DNA of 64,000 nt, from assembly GCA_949358305.1 (NCBI GenBank), contig OX442314.1, positions 7,440,001-7,504,000 on the forward strand, in the 5' to 3' direction. Numbering within the stretch: position 1 is the stretch's first letter; every line of letters begins with the position of its first letter. This document shows positions 1 through 13,344 of the stretch, in pieces. Below the pieces are notes generated by a model. It was given only the letters and a program-made list of their open reading frames with translations. It was not told where the DNA came from and made no database searches. This DNA comes from Strigamia acuminata. Its lineage: Eukaryota. The position numbers and the translations under genes are program-made.

Positions 1-1714
1 TTTGTCATTAGCAATTGCTAGGGATACAGATACTGTACTTTGATCATCTCCTTTGCCTATTTCAGTGGAAGGTGTAAAGGTTATTTGATGACATGGACGT
101 CGACAGAGACAAGCAGTAATGGGATTTGTGGTTTGAATCAACTGCTTGGCAGCATTGTAATGCATCTGTATGTCCTTTGAACATTTACAAAGCGGCAAAT
201 CGATCTTCATGAAGGGAAATCTTTGATGGAACATTTGTAATCAGTATATTTTTATGTAGAACTACATCTTTCTCTCTACTAAGCGGGCTGCAACAATTGG
301 ACCAGAATGTCATACACTCATAAGGAGCGGAAATGATGTAGGGTACGGAAATGACGTAGGGAACAGAAATTACGCAGAAAACGAAAATCACGTAGAAAAG
401 AGAAACACCGTAGGGAACGAACGGAAATCAAGTAGGAAACGAACGGAAATCAAGTAGGAAACGAACTGAAATCAAGTAGGAAACGAACTGAAATCAAGTA
501 GGAAACGAACGCAAATCAAGTAGGAAACGAACAGAAATGACGTAGGACATGGTAACTCAAACAAACAATGTGATTTATCATGGGCAGCCACGCTGTCTGT
601 TGACTGTTTTGATTTCTTACCTGCATGTTAGCTTCTTAAATTTCTTCAATAGACACCTCAGATAACATTCTCTGTATTCGTTTTGACCGTAGCATTCATT
701 TATAGGTGAATTCAGAAAAATGAACTAAAATTTTTCAATAAAAAATAAGGTAATGCATAGGAATTTTCGTTCTTTGATAAAATTTTACTTTGTTATAACT
801 CAAATAAACTTTTGTTGTTCCACCGCCATATTGTTGTCCAACCCCGAAAAATTTTCCAAAATCGTAGAAATGAAGACCAAGCTAAGGGCGAAGGAAAGAA
901 AAGTAGACTAGAATTATTTTTGCAATTTATTAAAATTACAAAGTATATCGGAGCAGGGCATATGTCATCATAATTTGTTTCTATTTTAGCTGTCACGACT
1001 TTTCCAACAAATGATTCGCTAGATGCCTTAGCTGTATATCATTATATCAATAAATAATAAAGTGCATTGAACTTGATGGTGGTAAATTTTGATTATGCTT
1101 ACGAAATTGAATTGATGAGCATATACCAACATGATTGATCATTTCTGTCAGAACAAATGTTTTGTTTGAATAAGAATATCCCTATACAAAATAAAAAGAT
1201 TTAAATAATTTTTTTTTAACCTATTTAAAATTACTTTATTCCATCTTTTTACTTTTATTTTTACGCTCACTACTTCTTTCGTCAAATTACTCGCTTCCCA
1301 AAGTTCCTCTAGACTGTAAGTTGGGTTTCCCATCAGTGTATTTACCATGTTCACGCATTCGTAACGTGATGGTTGGGATTTTGAGTTAGTTTTATTCCAA
1401 AGTCTCGACATTTCTTTTGTATTGCTACTATATATCAACAAATTTGGTAGAACGACCTCTTCTGACCTACTCGTTACATCAACAGCCGTAGGATAATTTA
1501 AGTAATGCATTATCCTATCGTAAATCTGATAAGTGAGCATGCATGTGCAAAATGAGAATAAGAGCAGCCAAAAGGTGTTTCGCTTTGTCCAATATTTTCT
1601 ACTGTTAATGAAATCATCCAAACCAACTAAGTTGCATCGAAGTTTATTTGCATCATCCTTCAACAATCGATGAATTGCAGGACGTAGTCTCCTCACCAAA
1701 TTATTATTCCGCAT
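1..1714 (-). CDS. Tandem-domain DEG/ENaC gene, copy 1 (exons 1-6; runs off the left edge of the window)
   Basis: TM1 (FWLLLFSFCTCMLTYQI..Y..YPT..V..LPNL), a G-x-C exon and a Cys-rich exon (C..C.LRC..KKLTC/R) joined by GT-AG introns. ORF translations are identical to the copy at offset +11630. Confidence 0.85.
320..548. repeat. Intronic 18-22 bp minisatellite (aacggaaatcaagtagg-like); copy at ~11950-12178
   Basis: Visible tandem units inside the phase-2 intron of the ENaC gene. Confidence 0.8.
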
Positions 1715-1768
1715 TGTATCTTATTTAAATCCAAGGTTTATTCTGTAATGACAATTGATGATTGATTA

Positions 1769-2016
1769 CCGTATTTTGTCGATTAATTGCCGCGGCACTT
1801 ATTCAAAACTGCCATTTTTGTCGGCATTTACAATTTTGGTTTTTCATTTGTTACATTTGTTTAATGTAACAAACGAAGTCTGAACGTCACAAACGAAGCG
1901 TACGTTTATCGTTCGTGAGGTTAAATACTACTATTCGAGGGCGACTACAATTCAAGGGCGGCTACAGTTTGAGGGCGGCTACAATTCGAGGGCTACTCTG
2001 AATCGGTAAAATACGG
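1769..2016. mobile_element. pogo/Tigger-like MITE (CCGTA TIRs, TA flanks); copy at 13399-13646
   Basis: ta|ccgtattttg...taaaatacgg|ta, with subterminal ttcgagggcggctaca repeats. Confidence 0.65.
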
Positions 2017-2491
2017 TATAAACAATTTAATTATTGAATAGAATAAGTGTAGATGTTACGATCTTTTTACCAGCTTTTGGTGGTGTGAAAATTTTGAAAC
2101 ATGGTCGACCCGTTGCAGAACCAGGTGACGCCCATTCGAAAGTCAAATTGACCGACTGGATTAAAAAAACCAGTCAGGCCGAAAACGATATCGTGACATC
2201 GGTCGGATTAGACCGAATTCGTTATAAGTTTATATCGAAGGACTTACGACCGCGTACGATATATAAAAATTGCTCGAACAAGTCTACGAGGATGAAAATC
2301 ATGTCACTGTCAACGGAAGTCATCACAAAAGGATTATCATCCAAAGACGAAATTCAAACTATTCGCGCTTGTAAGCTTATTTTATTATACTTACCTTGTA
2401 TTTATTTTATCCCCAGACATTATTAACCACTTTATTTCAGAGACAAAGTCTGTTTACAGCATCTCAACAGTAAATTAACCCGGATCACTGC

Positions 2492-3484
2492 ATACTCAAA
2501 CCCACTCTAAGCGTGGCCTAACTCTCATTGGCTGCGCCTTATTACTCCTAACTACAGACCGTGCACTACTGCAAAGAAAAATAGTTTTGTTTATTTTTAA
2601 TTGTTTTGAGTATTTTAATTATTAGAATCATGTATTTTTTTTATGTTATAAAAAATGTTTATTTCATTTACAAGATAAAGTTTTATATTGTTTTTCTTTC
2701 AACAAGCATCCTTGATTAGTTTTTTGGTTGCTTTGTCAGGAAAGCAAACAATTTTCTAACTGTGACCGTTTGGCCATCCTACGTGGCCTATGTCACTCCG
2801 CACACCGCCTAAGGGCCCCAAGCCGTCCCCCTCATGGGAATGGACCAGCCTAGCAGGGGAGGAGGTGAGCTGAGTGGTGTGGTGAGAGAGAGACGTTTCC
2901 GAGGGTGAAGACGTGCTAGGATGAGCTGCCACGGTCCTAACTACAGCAGAGACAACTGCTGACTCTGCTGCTCAGTCACGCTCAGTAGCAGGATGAGAAT
3001 GTTTGTCCGATGTGACCGACCACGTCACCCATGGGGCTCACTCCCTGTGTGTGACGGGTCGGTTACCGGTGTAGCGTGCCTACAGCCGCACAGTGGGATA
3101 GGTCCCTCCCGTGTAGTAAATCTCCATATTGGGCAGGTGAGACCATATCCAGTCACATCACAATAAGTAGTGCATGATACCCAGTTTAAGCGGTACTGTG
3201 CATGGCCAAGAGGCAGCTGCGTGGGCTGTTACTCGCTGTGCAAATGTTGTGCCCACCGAGGTAGTGGCCGAATGGTAGATCTGGCCCCTCCAACTTTACC
3301 TGTGGACGAAGACGCTGCCCAGGATCCAGGACATATTGTGCCCAGTACGGCGGACAATTACAATGTCTGTACGTCTAATAAAGTTCTGGTGTTTTGGCCT
3401 ACTTTTTGTATCACAATTCAATACACAAGTGAAATGGCTTGGCCAATGGGAGTTAGGCTACTCTTGGAGTGGGTTTGGGTGTAT
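2492..3484. mobile_element. Non-autonomous TIR element with a nested LTR-like repeat; copy at ~14122-15114
   Basis: Imperfect ~40-bp TIRs (tactcaaacccactctaagcgtggcctaactctcattggc versus ggccaatgggagttaggctactcttggagtgggtttgggtgta). Subterminal sequence resembles the 17271-17688 element. Confidence 0.55.
2761..3156. mobile_element. Solo-LTR-like dispersed repeat (TGTGAC...GTCACA); related inverted copy at ~58369-58750
   Basis: Terminal 6-bp inverted repeat. The segments gtgtgacgggtcggttaccggtgtagcgtgcc and gaccatatccagtcaca match the reverse complement of 58369-58570. No TSD found. Confidence 0.45.
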
Positions 3485-3783
3485 ATTTGTTTCATACCTG
3501 CTTATAGTTGTGTGGAAAGTTGCCTGCACGTTATTTCATGTCTACCAGTGCTGTGAGTTTACAATTGACTGTTCTTTCATTGTTTACTGTAATTTCTTAT
3601 TATCCATAGTAACTCTTTGTATGATGATTATTGATTTCAATTAACGTGTCTTTTGTGAGTGAAAGAAAGCTTAATTGGATTTTTGCACCATGTATACGGT
3701 AATTATTTACAGTAAACGTTTTGTTAAAAAAGAATTGATCATACAATGTCTACAACTTTGCAAGATTCCTATATCTAGAACCG

Positions 3784-6395
3784 GCTACAAAGTAGGAGTA
3801 GAAGGACTTGCAGTAGACCCTAAAAAAGTCGCTGCAATTACGCAATTTCCGGCTCCTACCAATCTTAAGGAATTACAAAGATTTCTAGGCATGGTGAATT
3901 TCTTTCACCGCCTAATCAAGAATTTGGCCACAGTGGCAGAACCACTAAGGCCTCTCCTGAAGAAAGATGCGGAGTTCAATTGGGAACTGCATCATCAGGC
4001 AGCATTCGACGCAATAAAAGACTTGCTTACGAATGCTGAAACAATGAAGATGCCTGACTTATACATGCCATTCATTGTTCATACTGACGCCAGTAGACAA
4101 GGGTTGGGTGCAGCCCTTACACAAAAGAAAATTGTGGATGGCCAAGAAGTCGAAATGCCATGCGTGTATGCAAGCAGAAGCTTGCAACCCGCTGAAAAGA
4201 ATTATACTGTGACAGAATTGGAATGTCTCGCAGTAGTATGGGGATTGCGCAAATTTCGCCCATATTTAGAGTACAATACATTCACTGTACAAACGGATCA
4301 CCAAGCACTTAAGTGGTTGATGTCGTTATCTGACCCGTCGGGCAGATTAGCTCGTTGGCAAATGGAGCTGATGGCGTATTCGTTCGAAATACAGTACGTC
4401 AAAGGTCCGCTAAATGTAATAGCAGACGCATTGTCACGTGCACCTGTCAGCGCACCTGACGAACCAGAAGACGATGGCGATAATGATGATTTATTATCAT
4501 ATTGTCCATCTCCTTGCCGAAGTTGGCAAATGGGAAAATTGAACGAATTACCCAAGTCGATAATAATCAATAAAGATGATCAAGCATTAATTAATTTTTG
4601 TATTAATATGCATGATCCGTCGGGAACCCCTGACGTCGAATTAAGAGCCATGATGGCTAAAAAATTCGAGCTGCCAACAACAAATGTTTTAATTAAAGCA
4701 TTTGCAGCTAAAATTGCTAAACAATTGGAATGTGATCCTCCAACGAGAGATGACATTATTGCAGCGCAAAAAGCAGACAAATTTTGCCAACATATTCGCA
4801 ATTACTTATTAAATAAGCAATATCCAAGTTACATAGTAACTCGTCTTCAAAGAAGAAATTTTGAAAGACACGCGAGTACTTATCTCATTGAAGAAGATAT
4901 GTTACTCCATTATCATCCTACCTCCACAGATGAATTAGGAGAGGATGGTAGGGCACTTAAAGTTGTCGTGCCAAGAAAATTGATTTATAAAATCATTTGG
5001 TTGATGCACGGACATCCACTGTCCGGCCACCCAGGCATTGCGAGGACGATGTACAGAACTCGAAGAGTTTATACCTGGAAAGGTATGAAACGTGATATTA
5101 CACGTTTTATTCAGCATTGTCAAGGATGTCAGGCCTGTAAGCCGAGATCGAAGACAGAAATAGAAGGCGCTCAGATTGGACCATTTGGACCATTTGACTG
5201 CCTCAGTGTGGATTTGTCTGGTCCCAAACCAAGAACCAGAAAAAACAATACCCACATTTGCGTCATCGTAGATGTCGCTACACATTGGCCCGAATTATTT
5301 CCAATGTGTAATCCAACAGCAATAAAAGTTGCCAACACAATTTATCACTTATCAATGACTTTCGGATTTCCGAGACAAATCATAAGTGATAATGGACCAC
5401 AATTTCGATCACAGGTCTATAAAGAATTTTGCAAAAAATTCTACATGTCGCGAACACCGACATCGATTTATCATCCACAAAGCAATCCTGTGGAGAGAAC
5501 CAATCGAGATATTAAATATTTAGTTTCGATTTATTTAGATATTCACGACCAATGGGATGAGTATCTACGCGAATTTGCATTCAGTTTGAGAACAACTGTA
5601 ACAAGAGGCAGAGATTATTCTCCAGCTTTCTTAAATTTTTTCCGAGAATTAAGAATTCCTTGGGATCCAAGAATTCCGGAGGGAATTTTAGTCATTAACC
5701 CAAAAAATCCGCATTTATATGTTCAGAAATTAGAAGCAATAATTGCAGAGACGTATCAGCATATGATGTCTCACGTCTTAGATTTAAGATGCCGTGTCGA
5801 AGCTGAAAAATCAGATAAGAAATTCGACAACTTCAGACAAAATGATTTAGTCTGGCGAGAGTCTCATATTCTCTCAAATGCCGCTAAAGGAATAGCAGCA
5901 GGCATTTCACCAAAAAGGAATGGGCCTTATGTAATTGTCAAAAGGTTACAAGGAGGCGCCTTTCAACTTCGACAGCTGAGTGATAATAAAATTTATCCAG
6001 CTGTTCACGGCACTGAATTAATGCCGTACTTTCCCGTTTTCAACCAAGAAATTTGGCTGGAAGGGGAGGAAGTGGGTCAAAAAACAAAAAATATTGTTAA
6101 CACCTTGGATGATGCTGAATTATCCAAAATTCCTGTCGAAAACACGGAATCGAGTGAAAAATCGAAACTCAAAAATAACGAAGTCGATGAAATAAACAAG
6201 CGACTTGAAAATGTTTCTCTTGATGAAAATCTAGAAAAGGAAATGTTTTTAGAAAAAGAGAAAATTTCAAACAATGAAGAAAATAACTCATCTGACATTG
6301 GAGACGATGCTGATGACAATCTAAACAAGTTGGATTGTACTTCGCGAAAGTCAAAGTACAACTTGAGATCTCGCGTTCCGCGAGCCAAGACATAG
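3784..6395 (+). pseudogene. pol: Gypsy A pol fragment (RT C-terminus, RNase H, integrase)
   Basis: LQRFLGMVNFF; HTDAS..ELECL..TDH (RNase H); HGHPLSGH..CQGC; SVDLSGP..SDNGPQF..VERTN (DDE); GPY motif. Lacks gag, protease and YxDD. Confidence 0.92.
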
Positions 6396-6737
6396 CGTTG
6401 ACTTTCACCTTTTGGGTTTACCCAAAAGATCCGAGAGAGCAATCTCGTGACGTCATTCGTAGTCCACACTCGAATGACAACGTTCACAATGCGTTATAAT
6501 TTGTGACGTCATTCGGTGTCACCGAAACAAGTTCGTTTCTCCAATCAACGAACTTAGCCACTTTTCCGATAAGTTTTGAAGTGGATGCATCGACTCCGAT
6601 ACAGCACGACAGTTTTTCTTGATTCAGCAAACTGTAAGTAATTTTTCTGAAAGAAAAATTCAATAAATATATTTAATATAATTTATTAATTCTTTCTAGC
6701 CGAAAGAATTTCTTTTTCGACGCGAAAAAGAAGGAAA

Positions 6738-9388
6738 ATGGCAGACGACGAAGTCAACCTCCATGCGGACGATGAAATGCCGATGGAAGGAGCCGGTAAC
6801 GACGTCCAATTATCGTTACAAGAGAGGGTAAATTAGTAAAATAATTTTTACCTAGTGTTTCAGTCAGAAAAATTGAGTAATTTCACTTTTCCTGACTTCA
6901 AACACAAGCCGCTAAAAAATAAAAATGGCGGCTATAAACGTCACGTGCTTCAAGCATGTGCGAAGGGAGTTGCCATGACAACCAACATCCCTTAGTGGCT
7001 CACGGCCACAAGCGCTAAGCTTAAAAAATATTTCAAATAAGAAATTATTTGTTTATTTTTAAAATAAACTAATTTATTTATTTATTTTTTTGTCGAATAT
7101 AGATCGAGAGGGATCGAGAGACGCCGTTTGCGCTCCCCGATCATGTGCCGACCCAACACCCGCTGATTTTTCGAGCGGCATTGCCCGAAAAGATTAGGCG
7201 ACTGAAGACGGCAAACAACACGTGGTGGAAGTTGCGCCACGACTTCTCGAAGTCCGCCCTGCAAGGTCTTGGAGCAAAAGGCCGGTTCATCGAGCGCCTT
7301 CACGTCGACGGAGTCGACGAAATCGAGTGGACGCTCGACGAGAGCTTCCCAGGACCACTAGCTGCCGACCTGCTGCACAACCAGTGGCCAGTGACGCCAC
7401 GAGAGCGTCACGAGCGCAGAAGAGCGCTAAAGAGTACCGGAATTAATTACGGTGCTCTCAACCAAGTGAGGAAGAACCTCAAGACGACACAACGCGAAGT
7501 CGTCCAACGGTATCGCAAATCCGTTCGTGACGGGAACCCGCAACTTCCCGCCACACAAACCGAGCTCCACCAGTTGGCGCTCGCAGGGTGCTTCAATGAT
7601 TTTCCGGGATTCTTCCCGTCGAAAGCACTCCGAGCTGCCGCAGTGCAGCTTCGCGTCGACGAAAATCGACAACTGGCTCAAGAACACGAGGCAGAAGAGC
7701 AAGCGCGTTGCGCTCTCCCTTTTTATCGAGAAGATGAAATTCCGGCCCCAGCGGCCATCAATCCTCCGCCGCAAGACGAGGATTTGAGGGTGGGGCAACT
7801 CCCTCCGCCGGTTCCAGTCCGACCGATGTTCCGCGAATCGAGCCGCGATCGGGAAGAACGACAGAGGCGATCGCGCCCATATTCGACTGAAGCACCGCCA
7901 CCACGCCCGCAGTCACGACGAGGACGGACCCCAGAGTCATTCGGCTCGTCGTCCTCGTTAAGCTTCGAATCGGACTCTACATTTAAGTCCGCACGCAGTA
8001 GTCGAACCGCCTCCACGTTCAAAGTGGACAACCCGGCTACTCCATACGCCATGAGACGTGTTGTCGGTGATATCTCTCCCGACTGTAGCGTGCCTGTACC
8101 TGGACACGCTAGCCGCTTGCCCGAGCATGGATATGCTCCTCGCTTGCCGGCTGGAGTTAGCAACCTGCAGCTCCGGCCATTTTTCAGTGAGTCATTCGGA
8201 CCACAATGGACCTGCTACGAGCAGCAACCCATTAGAGCGCAGCAGGAAGTGCTCCAAAAGCTGGACGCATATCAAAGCGCCCAGATCGCCGAGTCGCAGA
8301 AGGACTGGCAGAGACTAGCTGAAAGGCTAGAACTCTCCGACATCAAGACCATTGATGATCCCCGTCTGATGGATTTTCAGCGTCAGCTAATTCCGGGGAT
8401 GACTAGGGTGTTGTACCCTGGTGTTCTTCCTTCGCCAGGACAGGCGTTGGCGGCCATTACATACTTATGGACCGCTCCGATGGGCCTGTCGGAGAAGAAA
8501 ATCGAGCTGTGGTATTATATCCGGCTCGACCCGCCTACGATCTTAGCCGAGCTAATTAAGCAAGTCGTAGCAAACGGCGAGACCGAGGAAGAGGCCGCCG
8601 TTCGGTTGCGAACCGAGTGGTCCTTTGCGAAGGCCACGGCGCAAATGACCGGAAGAACACCGCTTCCAGTTACAAGCGCCACAGCAGCCGCGTCACTAGC
8701 TGCTTTCCAGTCGGCCCAAGAAGGCGCTGGATGTTCGTTTTGGCAGGAGAACGCCGGAAGTTCTCAAACTCCAGCCGGAGTTCAACGGGCAGTCGAACCC
8801 CGTAGGCTCCCCGGAGTTGGTCGAGCGCAGGGACGAGGCGTCACACCCTCGTCAACCTCCGCACCCGCGTTGGTTTTCTTGGGCTCGCCGAGCCATTTCG
8901 ACGATGCCGCGACGGAAGACTCACGTCCACCGCCACCGCCGCCATCAGCCAAGCCGGAGAAGACGGTTAAGCCGCTGAAGAAAGAGTCGGCATACAAGAC
9001 TCTGATGCGCCTGTATCCGCACTTCTATTTGACGCCGGATACGCGAACACTGCTTAGCAACAATCACAAGTTGTCGAGGCAGGTGTTTATGTGGCTCGAA
9101 GACCACATTCGGGTGTTAAGCCCACCATCAGTGCTCCACGACCGACTCCTGAGAGCACGATTGGCGCCGGAGGATCCGATAGAGTTTGCGGCGCTAGGAT
9201 TTTTCAACCGAGCGAACTCGGCGAGAATCATTCAGGTTTGGCTTCATGTCAACCCTGGAATGGTCTCCGGACCAAACGCAGGTCGCGACCTGTGTACGGT
9301 TAACGAGCGGTCCAATCCGAGGGACGACGCCACGGACATGATGCGCCCATTGACGCCTGAGCGAACTCAGAGCATGGACGAATCATAA
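6738..9388 (+). CDS. Gypsy A ORF3, predicted spliced (6738-6827 + 7103-9388), ~791 aa, unknown function, not env-like
   Basis: aaaATGg start, then 30 codons (MADDEVNLHADD..LQER), donor AGG|gtaaat and acceptor aatatag|ATC in phase 0 with the 747-aa ORF. Upstream UTR intron gtaagt 6634 to tttctag 6699. Confidence 0.75.
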
Positions 9389-9440
9389 ATTGGTTCGTTC
9401 ATTTTCTCTCCATGTAAGATTCGTCTTAAATGGGGGGATG

Positions 9441-10403
9441 TGTGGTGATCTCAATGTATTTCACCAACTTAGAAGATAAAATTAATTGTCTTCTAATTAA
9501 TTTGACTGTGGCACACGCCAAGTCAGATCATGTGACCGAGGGGAGAAATCCTCTCTAGGCACATATCACCCCAGGTTGTCCGGGGTGAAGACGGTTATTA
9601 ACCGTTATGGTGCAATATGGTGTAATAACCACTAGTTGCACCCATTTGAGCTAAGTGCGCAGGTTTTCTGCGCAACATAGAAGCGTGCCGGGCTCGTGTC
9701 TTAGCTCAAATCGGGACTCTTGAAAAAATACACAAACCACAAACATCACTGCTTTTCTGCTCCTGACAAAAAGTATTGATAGTGGACCGTGTATCCCAAG
9801 TTTCACCAGCTTGCTTTGTAAAACGTACAAAGTCAGCTATCCTGCTTGAATTAGCCAAAGCTAATTCCAGCAATCGAATCGAGAAGTAGAAGTTTCCCGA
9901 AGTGACGTGAACCATCGCCGTCGCAGCAGCGCGAACTGTTGCCACCGCCATCGAACGCCAGTCGGACGCCCGTGACCGTGAACCACCGCCAGCGAGCCGT
10001 CGTACGAGTTACGGAAGAAACCCACGAGAACCATCGTCTTCGACCATCGTTCGTGAGTTTACAGAACGAAGACAATTTGCCTTCGCCTAACAACAGTGTG
10101 TTGTTTAAGCGCCATTTTAGCGCTTTGTAGCTTGCAACAGTCGTTGCAAGCCCTTCCATTGTTCCCGCTCATTTATTTTCGCGACTTGTCGCATCTTGTG
10201 CTATTTCTAATCATCTTAATAATATATTGTAATTTATCGAATAAATATTGTGTGATTTTTATTACCATAATAAACTGTCTTTTCATTTCCGTAAACTTAA
10301 CCCTAGACAAGTTTCGGCCGCGATATAAGTCTTGTTAAGCATTCACCTGCGGTTTCAGGCTTATTAATTAGTAATAAGTCTGATATTAACCCGGATCGCA
10401 GCA
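9441..10403 (+). repeat. Gypsy A 3' LTR (~963 bp)
   Basis: Follows the PPT; imperfect terminal IR TGTGGTGATC...GATCGCAGCA; aataaa near 10240/10270. The right boundary is supported by related LTR ends at ~2492 and ~16887, not by a partner LTR. Confidence 0.7.
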
Positions 10404-10426
10404 GCTTTTAAAGGTATTTACTGTAT

Positions 10427-10763
10427 TCTGTATAAATAAAAATGTATGTTTGTTTGTTACTGACCTCAAATCTCCAAAGGTTCTTCAACGATTGCTTTGA
10501 AATTTTGACAGAACATTGCATTGGAATAGGGGACTGTTGTTGTTAGGTTTTTATATAGATGTCACACCTGTGACAGGTAAAAACATGCTTTTTTGGATAA
10601 AAAGGGCTATCTAGTGGGCGTAAATACAACACACAACTCCACAGGATTTATTTCCCGGGATTTATTTCCACGGGAATAATTTCCATGGGATTCATTTCCA
10701 AGGGATTTATTTCCACGGAATTTATTTATGAGCCACAGCAACGCTTGGCCTGGGCACAGCTAG
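10427..10763 (+). mobile_element. Non-autonomous Helitron-like element
   Basis: 5' TC start, 3' short hairpin (gccacagcaacgcttggc) followed by CTAG|T, no TIR or TSD, internal ~15-bp ggatttatttcc repeats. Confidence 0.55.
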
Positions 10764-10912
10764 TATGGGAATAAAAGTGCATCTTAGAATCGATAAAATA
10801 TGGTAATGCTGTTAATAAATGCCATAATAAAAACTCAGGGTGAAGCTGTGAGGTAAAGAGTGACAATAATAAAAACTAACTTAAATTGAACGCAAAAGCA
10901 CATTACAATTAC

Positions 10913-13344
10913 CTGTGTCAACTCGTGAACAATTACCAAAAGGAAGTGGAATAGGATGCTTCGATATATTTAATTTAATTTTATATCCATATAACGCCTA
11001 CAAAAACAATAATTTTCATTGATTGGTTTGTTTTGGGAATATAACATACTACTAGTACAGACATACCTCATTATCAATATCAATTGTGTCATGAATATTG
11101 AGTGTTTCCCAGATTTCGACAAGTGGAAATTCGTGATTGAACAATTGCCAGGGCGATATCTCATTGCAGGTGTTGTTAGTGTGTTTCAGTAATTGTAATC
11201 TGGTTTCGTCCATGGCATCATTTTGATTTTCACCACAGATCGTAAAGGACTGATATTCGGTGTAGCGACGTTGAACTATGCTAACCATTGTTGTTACTGG
11301 TTCATCAATGTAGTAGTTGATACGAATTTGCAACCAATATAAAGTGAATCCCGCAGTCACAAATACTAGCGCAAACTTAAACCTTTCTAAGACTCCATTT
11401 GTTATGGTTTTCTCTTTGCTTGCAATGGCTTTCTTCTTGCATGTCTCGTACAGGGGACGAATCTTATCGACGGATTTTTTTTGGTAAATATTTGTTGCAA
11501 CATAATATAAATACCAAATGATATCAGGTAATGAGATTACGGAGAGACCTAGGAACAGGCCCAGATTTCCTCCTAAATCTGACAGAAGAGCAATTGCGTC
11601 GTACGTGTATCGTTCTTCATACACGCTAATTTTGTCATTAGCAATTGCTAGGGATACAGATACTGTACTTTGATCATCTCCTTTGCCTATTTCAGTGGAA
11701 GGTGTAAAGGTTATTTGATGACATGGACGTCGACAGAGACAAGCAGTAATGGGATTTGTGGTTTGAATCAACTGCTTGGCAGCATTGTAATGCATCTGTA
11801 TGTCCTTTGAACATTTACAAAGCGGCAAATCGATCTTCATGAAGGGAAATCTTTGATGGAACATTTGTAATCAGTATATTTTTATGTAGAACTACATCTT
11901 TCTCTCTACTAAGCGGGCTGCAACAATTGGACCAGAATGTCATACACTCATAAGGAGCGGAAATGATGTAGGGTACGGAAATGACGTAGGGAACAGAAAT
12001 TACGCAGAAAACGAAAATCACGTAGAAAAGAGAAACACCGTAGGGAACGAACGGAAATCAAGTAGGAAACGAACGGAAATCAAGTAGGAAACGAACTGAA
12101 ATCAAGTAGGAAACGAACTGAAATCAAGTAGGAAACGAACGCAAATCAAGTAGGAAACGAACAGAAATGACGTAGGACATGGTAACTCAAACAAACAATG
12201 TGATTTATCATGGGCAGCCACGCTGTCTGTTGACTGTTTTGATTTCTTACCTGCATGTTAGCTTCTTAAATTTCTTCAATAGACACCTCAGATAACATTC
12301 TCTGTATTCGTTTTGACCGTAGCATTCATTTATAGGTGAATTCAGAAAAATGAACTAAAATTTTTCAATAAAAAATAAGGTAATGCATAGGAATTTTCGT
12401 TCTTTGATAAAATTTTACTTTGTTATAACTCAAATAAACTTTTGTTGTTCCACCGCCATATTGTTGTCCAACCCCGAAAAATTTTCCAAAATCGTAGAAA
12501 TGAAGACCAAGCTAAGGGCGAAGGAAAGAAAAGTAGACTAGAATTATTTTTGCAATTTATTAAAATTACAAAGTATATCGGAGCAGGGCATATGTCATCA
12601 TAATTTGTTTCTATTTTAGCTGTCACGACTTTTCCAACAAATGATTCGCTAGATGCCTTAGCTGTATATCATTATATCAATAAATAATAAAGTGCATTGA
12701 ACTTGATGGTGGTAAATTTTGATTATGCTTACGAAATTGAATTGATGAGCATATACCAACATGATTGATCATTTCTGTCAGAACAAATGTTTTGTTTGAA
12801 TAAGAATATCCCTATACAAAATAAAAAGATTTAAATAATTTTTTTTTAACCTATTTAAAATTACTTTATTCCATCTTTTTACTTTTATTTTTACGCTCAC
12901 TACTTCTTTCGTCAAATTACTCGCTTCCCAAAGTTCCTCTAGACTGTAAGTTGGGTTTCCCATCAGTGTATTTACCATGTTCACGCATTCGTAACGTGAT
13001 GGTTGGGATTTTGAGTTAGTTTTATTCCAAAGTCTCGACATTTCTTTTGTATTGCTACTATATATCAACAAATTTGGTAGAACGACCTCTTCTGACCTAC
13101 TCGTTACATCAACAGCCGTAGGATAATTTAAGTAATGCATTATCCTATCGTAAATCTGATAAGTGAGCATGCATGTGCAAAATGAGAATAAGAGCAGCCA
13201 AAAGGTGTTTCGCTTTGTCCAATATTTTCTACTGTTAATGAAATCATCCAAACCAACTAAGTTGCATCGAAGTTTATTTGCATCATCCTTCAACAATCGA
13301 TGAATTGCAGGACGTAGTCTCCTCACCAAATTATTATTCCGCAT
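10913..13344 (-). pseudogene. Tandem-domain DEG/ENaC gene, copy 2 (exons 1-7 open; exons 8-11 not present in this duplication unit)
   Basis: TM2 LLSDLGGNLGLFLGLSVIS is followed in the same exon by a second TM1 (FKFALVFVTAGFTLYWL..YY.DEPV..FTIC). The last visible exon ends PFGNCSRVDT|gtaatt. Downstream lies Gypsy A, then the upstream region of copy 1. Confidence 0.8.

Larger units (their letters stand above)
1..3783. repeat. Tandem segmental duplication; matches 11631-15413 (offset 11630)
   Basis: Identical ORF sets at a constant offset. Identity ends at ...tctagaaccg (3783/15413), where copy 1 continues into Gypsy pol. Confidence 0.95.
3784..10403 (+). mobile_element. 5'-truncated Ty3/Gypsy LTR retrotransposon A (partial pol, ORF3, PPT, 3' LTR)
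   Basis: RT-RNase H-integrase order; PPT tggggggatg at 9431-9440, followed by TG...CA-bounded sequence. Confidence 0.9.

Noticed and set aside
2034..2426. 130-aa ORF (also at 13664-14056)
   Set aside because: TTG start, no motif; lies in a probable degenerate LTR fragment ending aacccggatcactgca at ~2492.
3675..3783. Apparent N-terminus of the 906-aa pol ORF
   Set aside because: It is flanking DNA (identical to 15305-15413) that happens to be in frame across the duplication junction.
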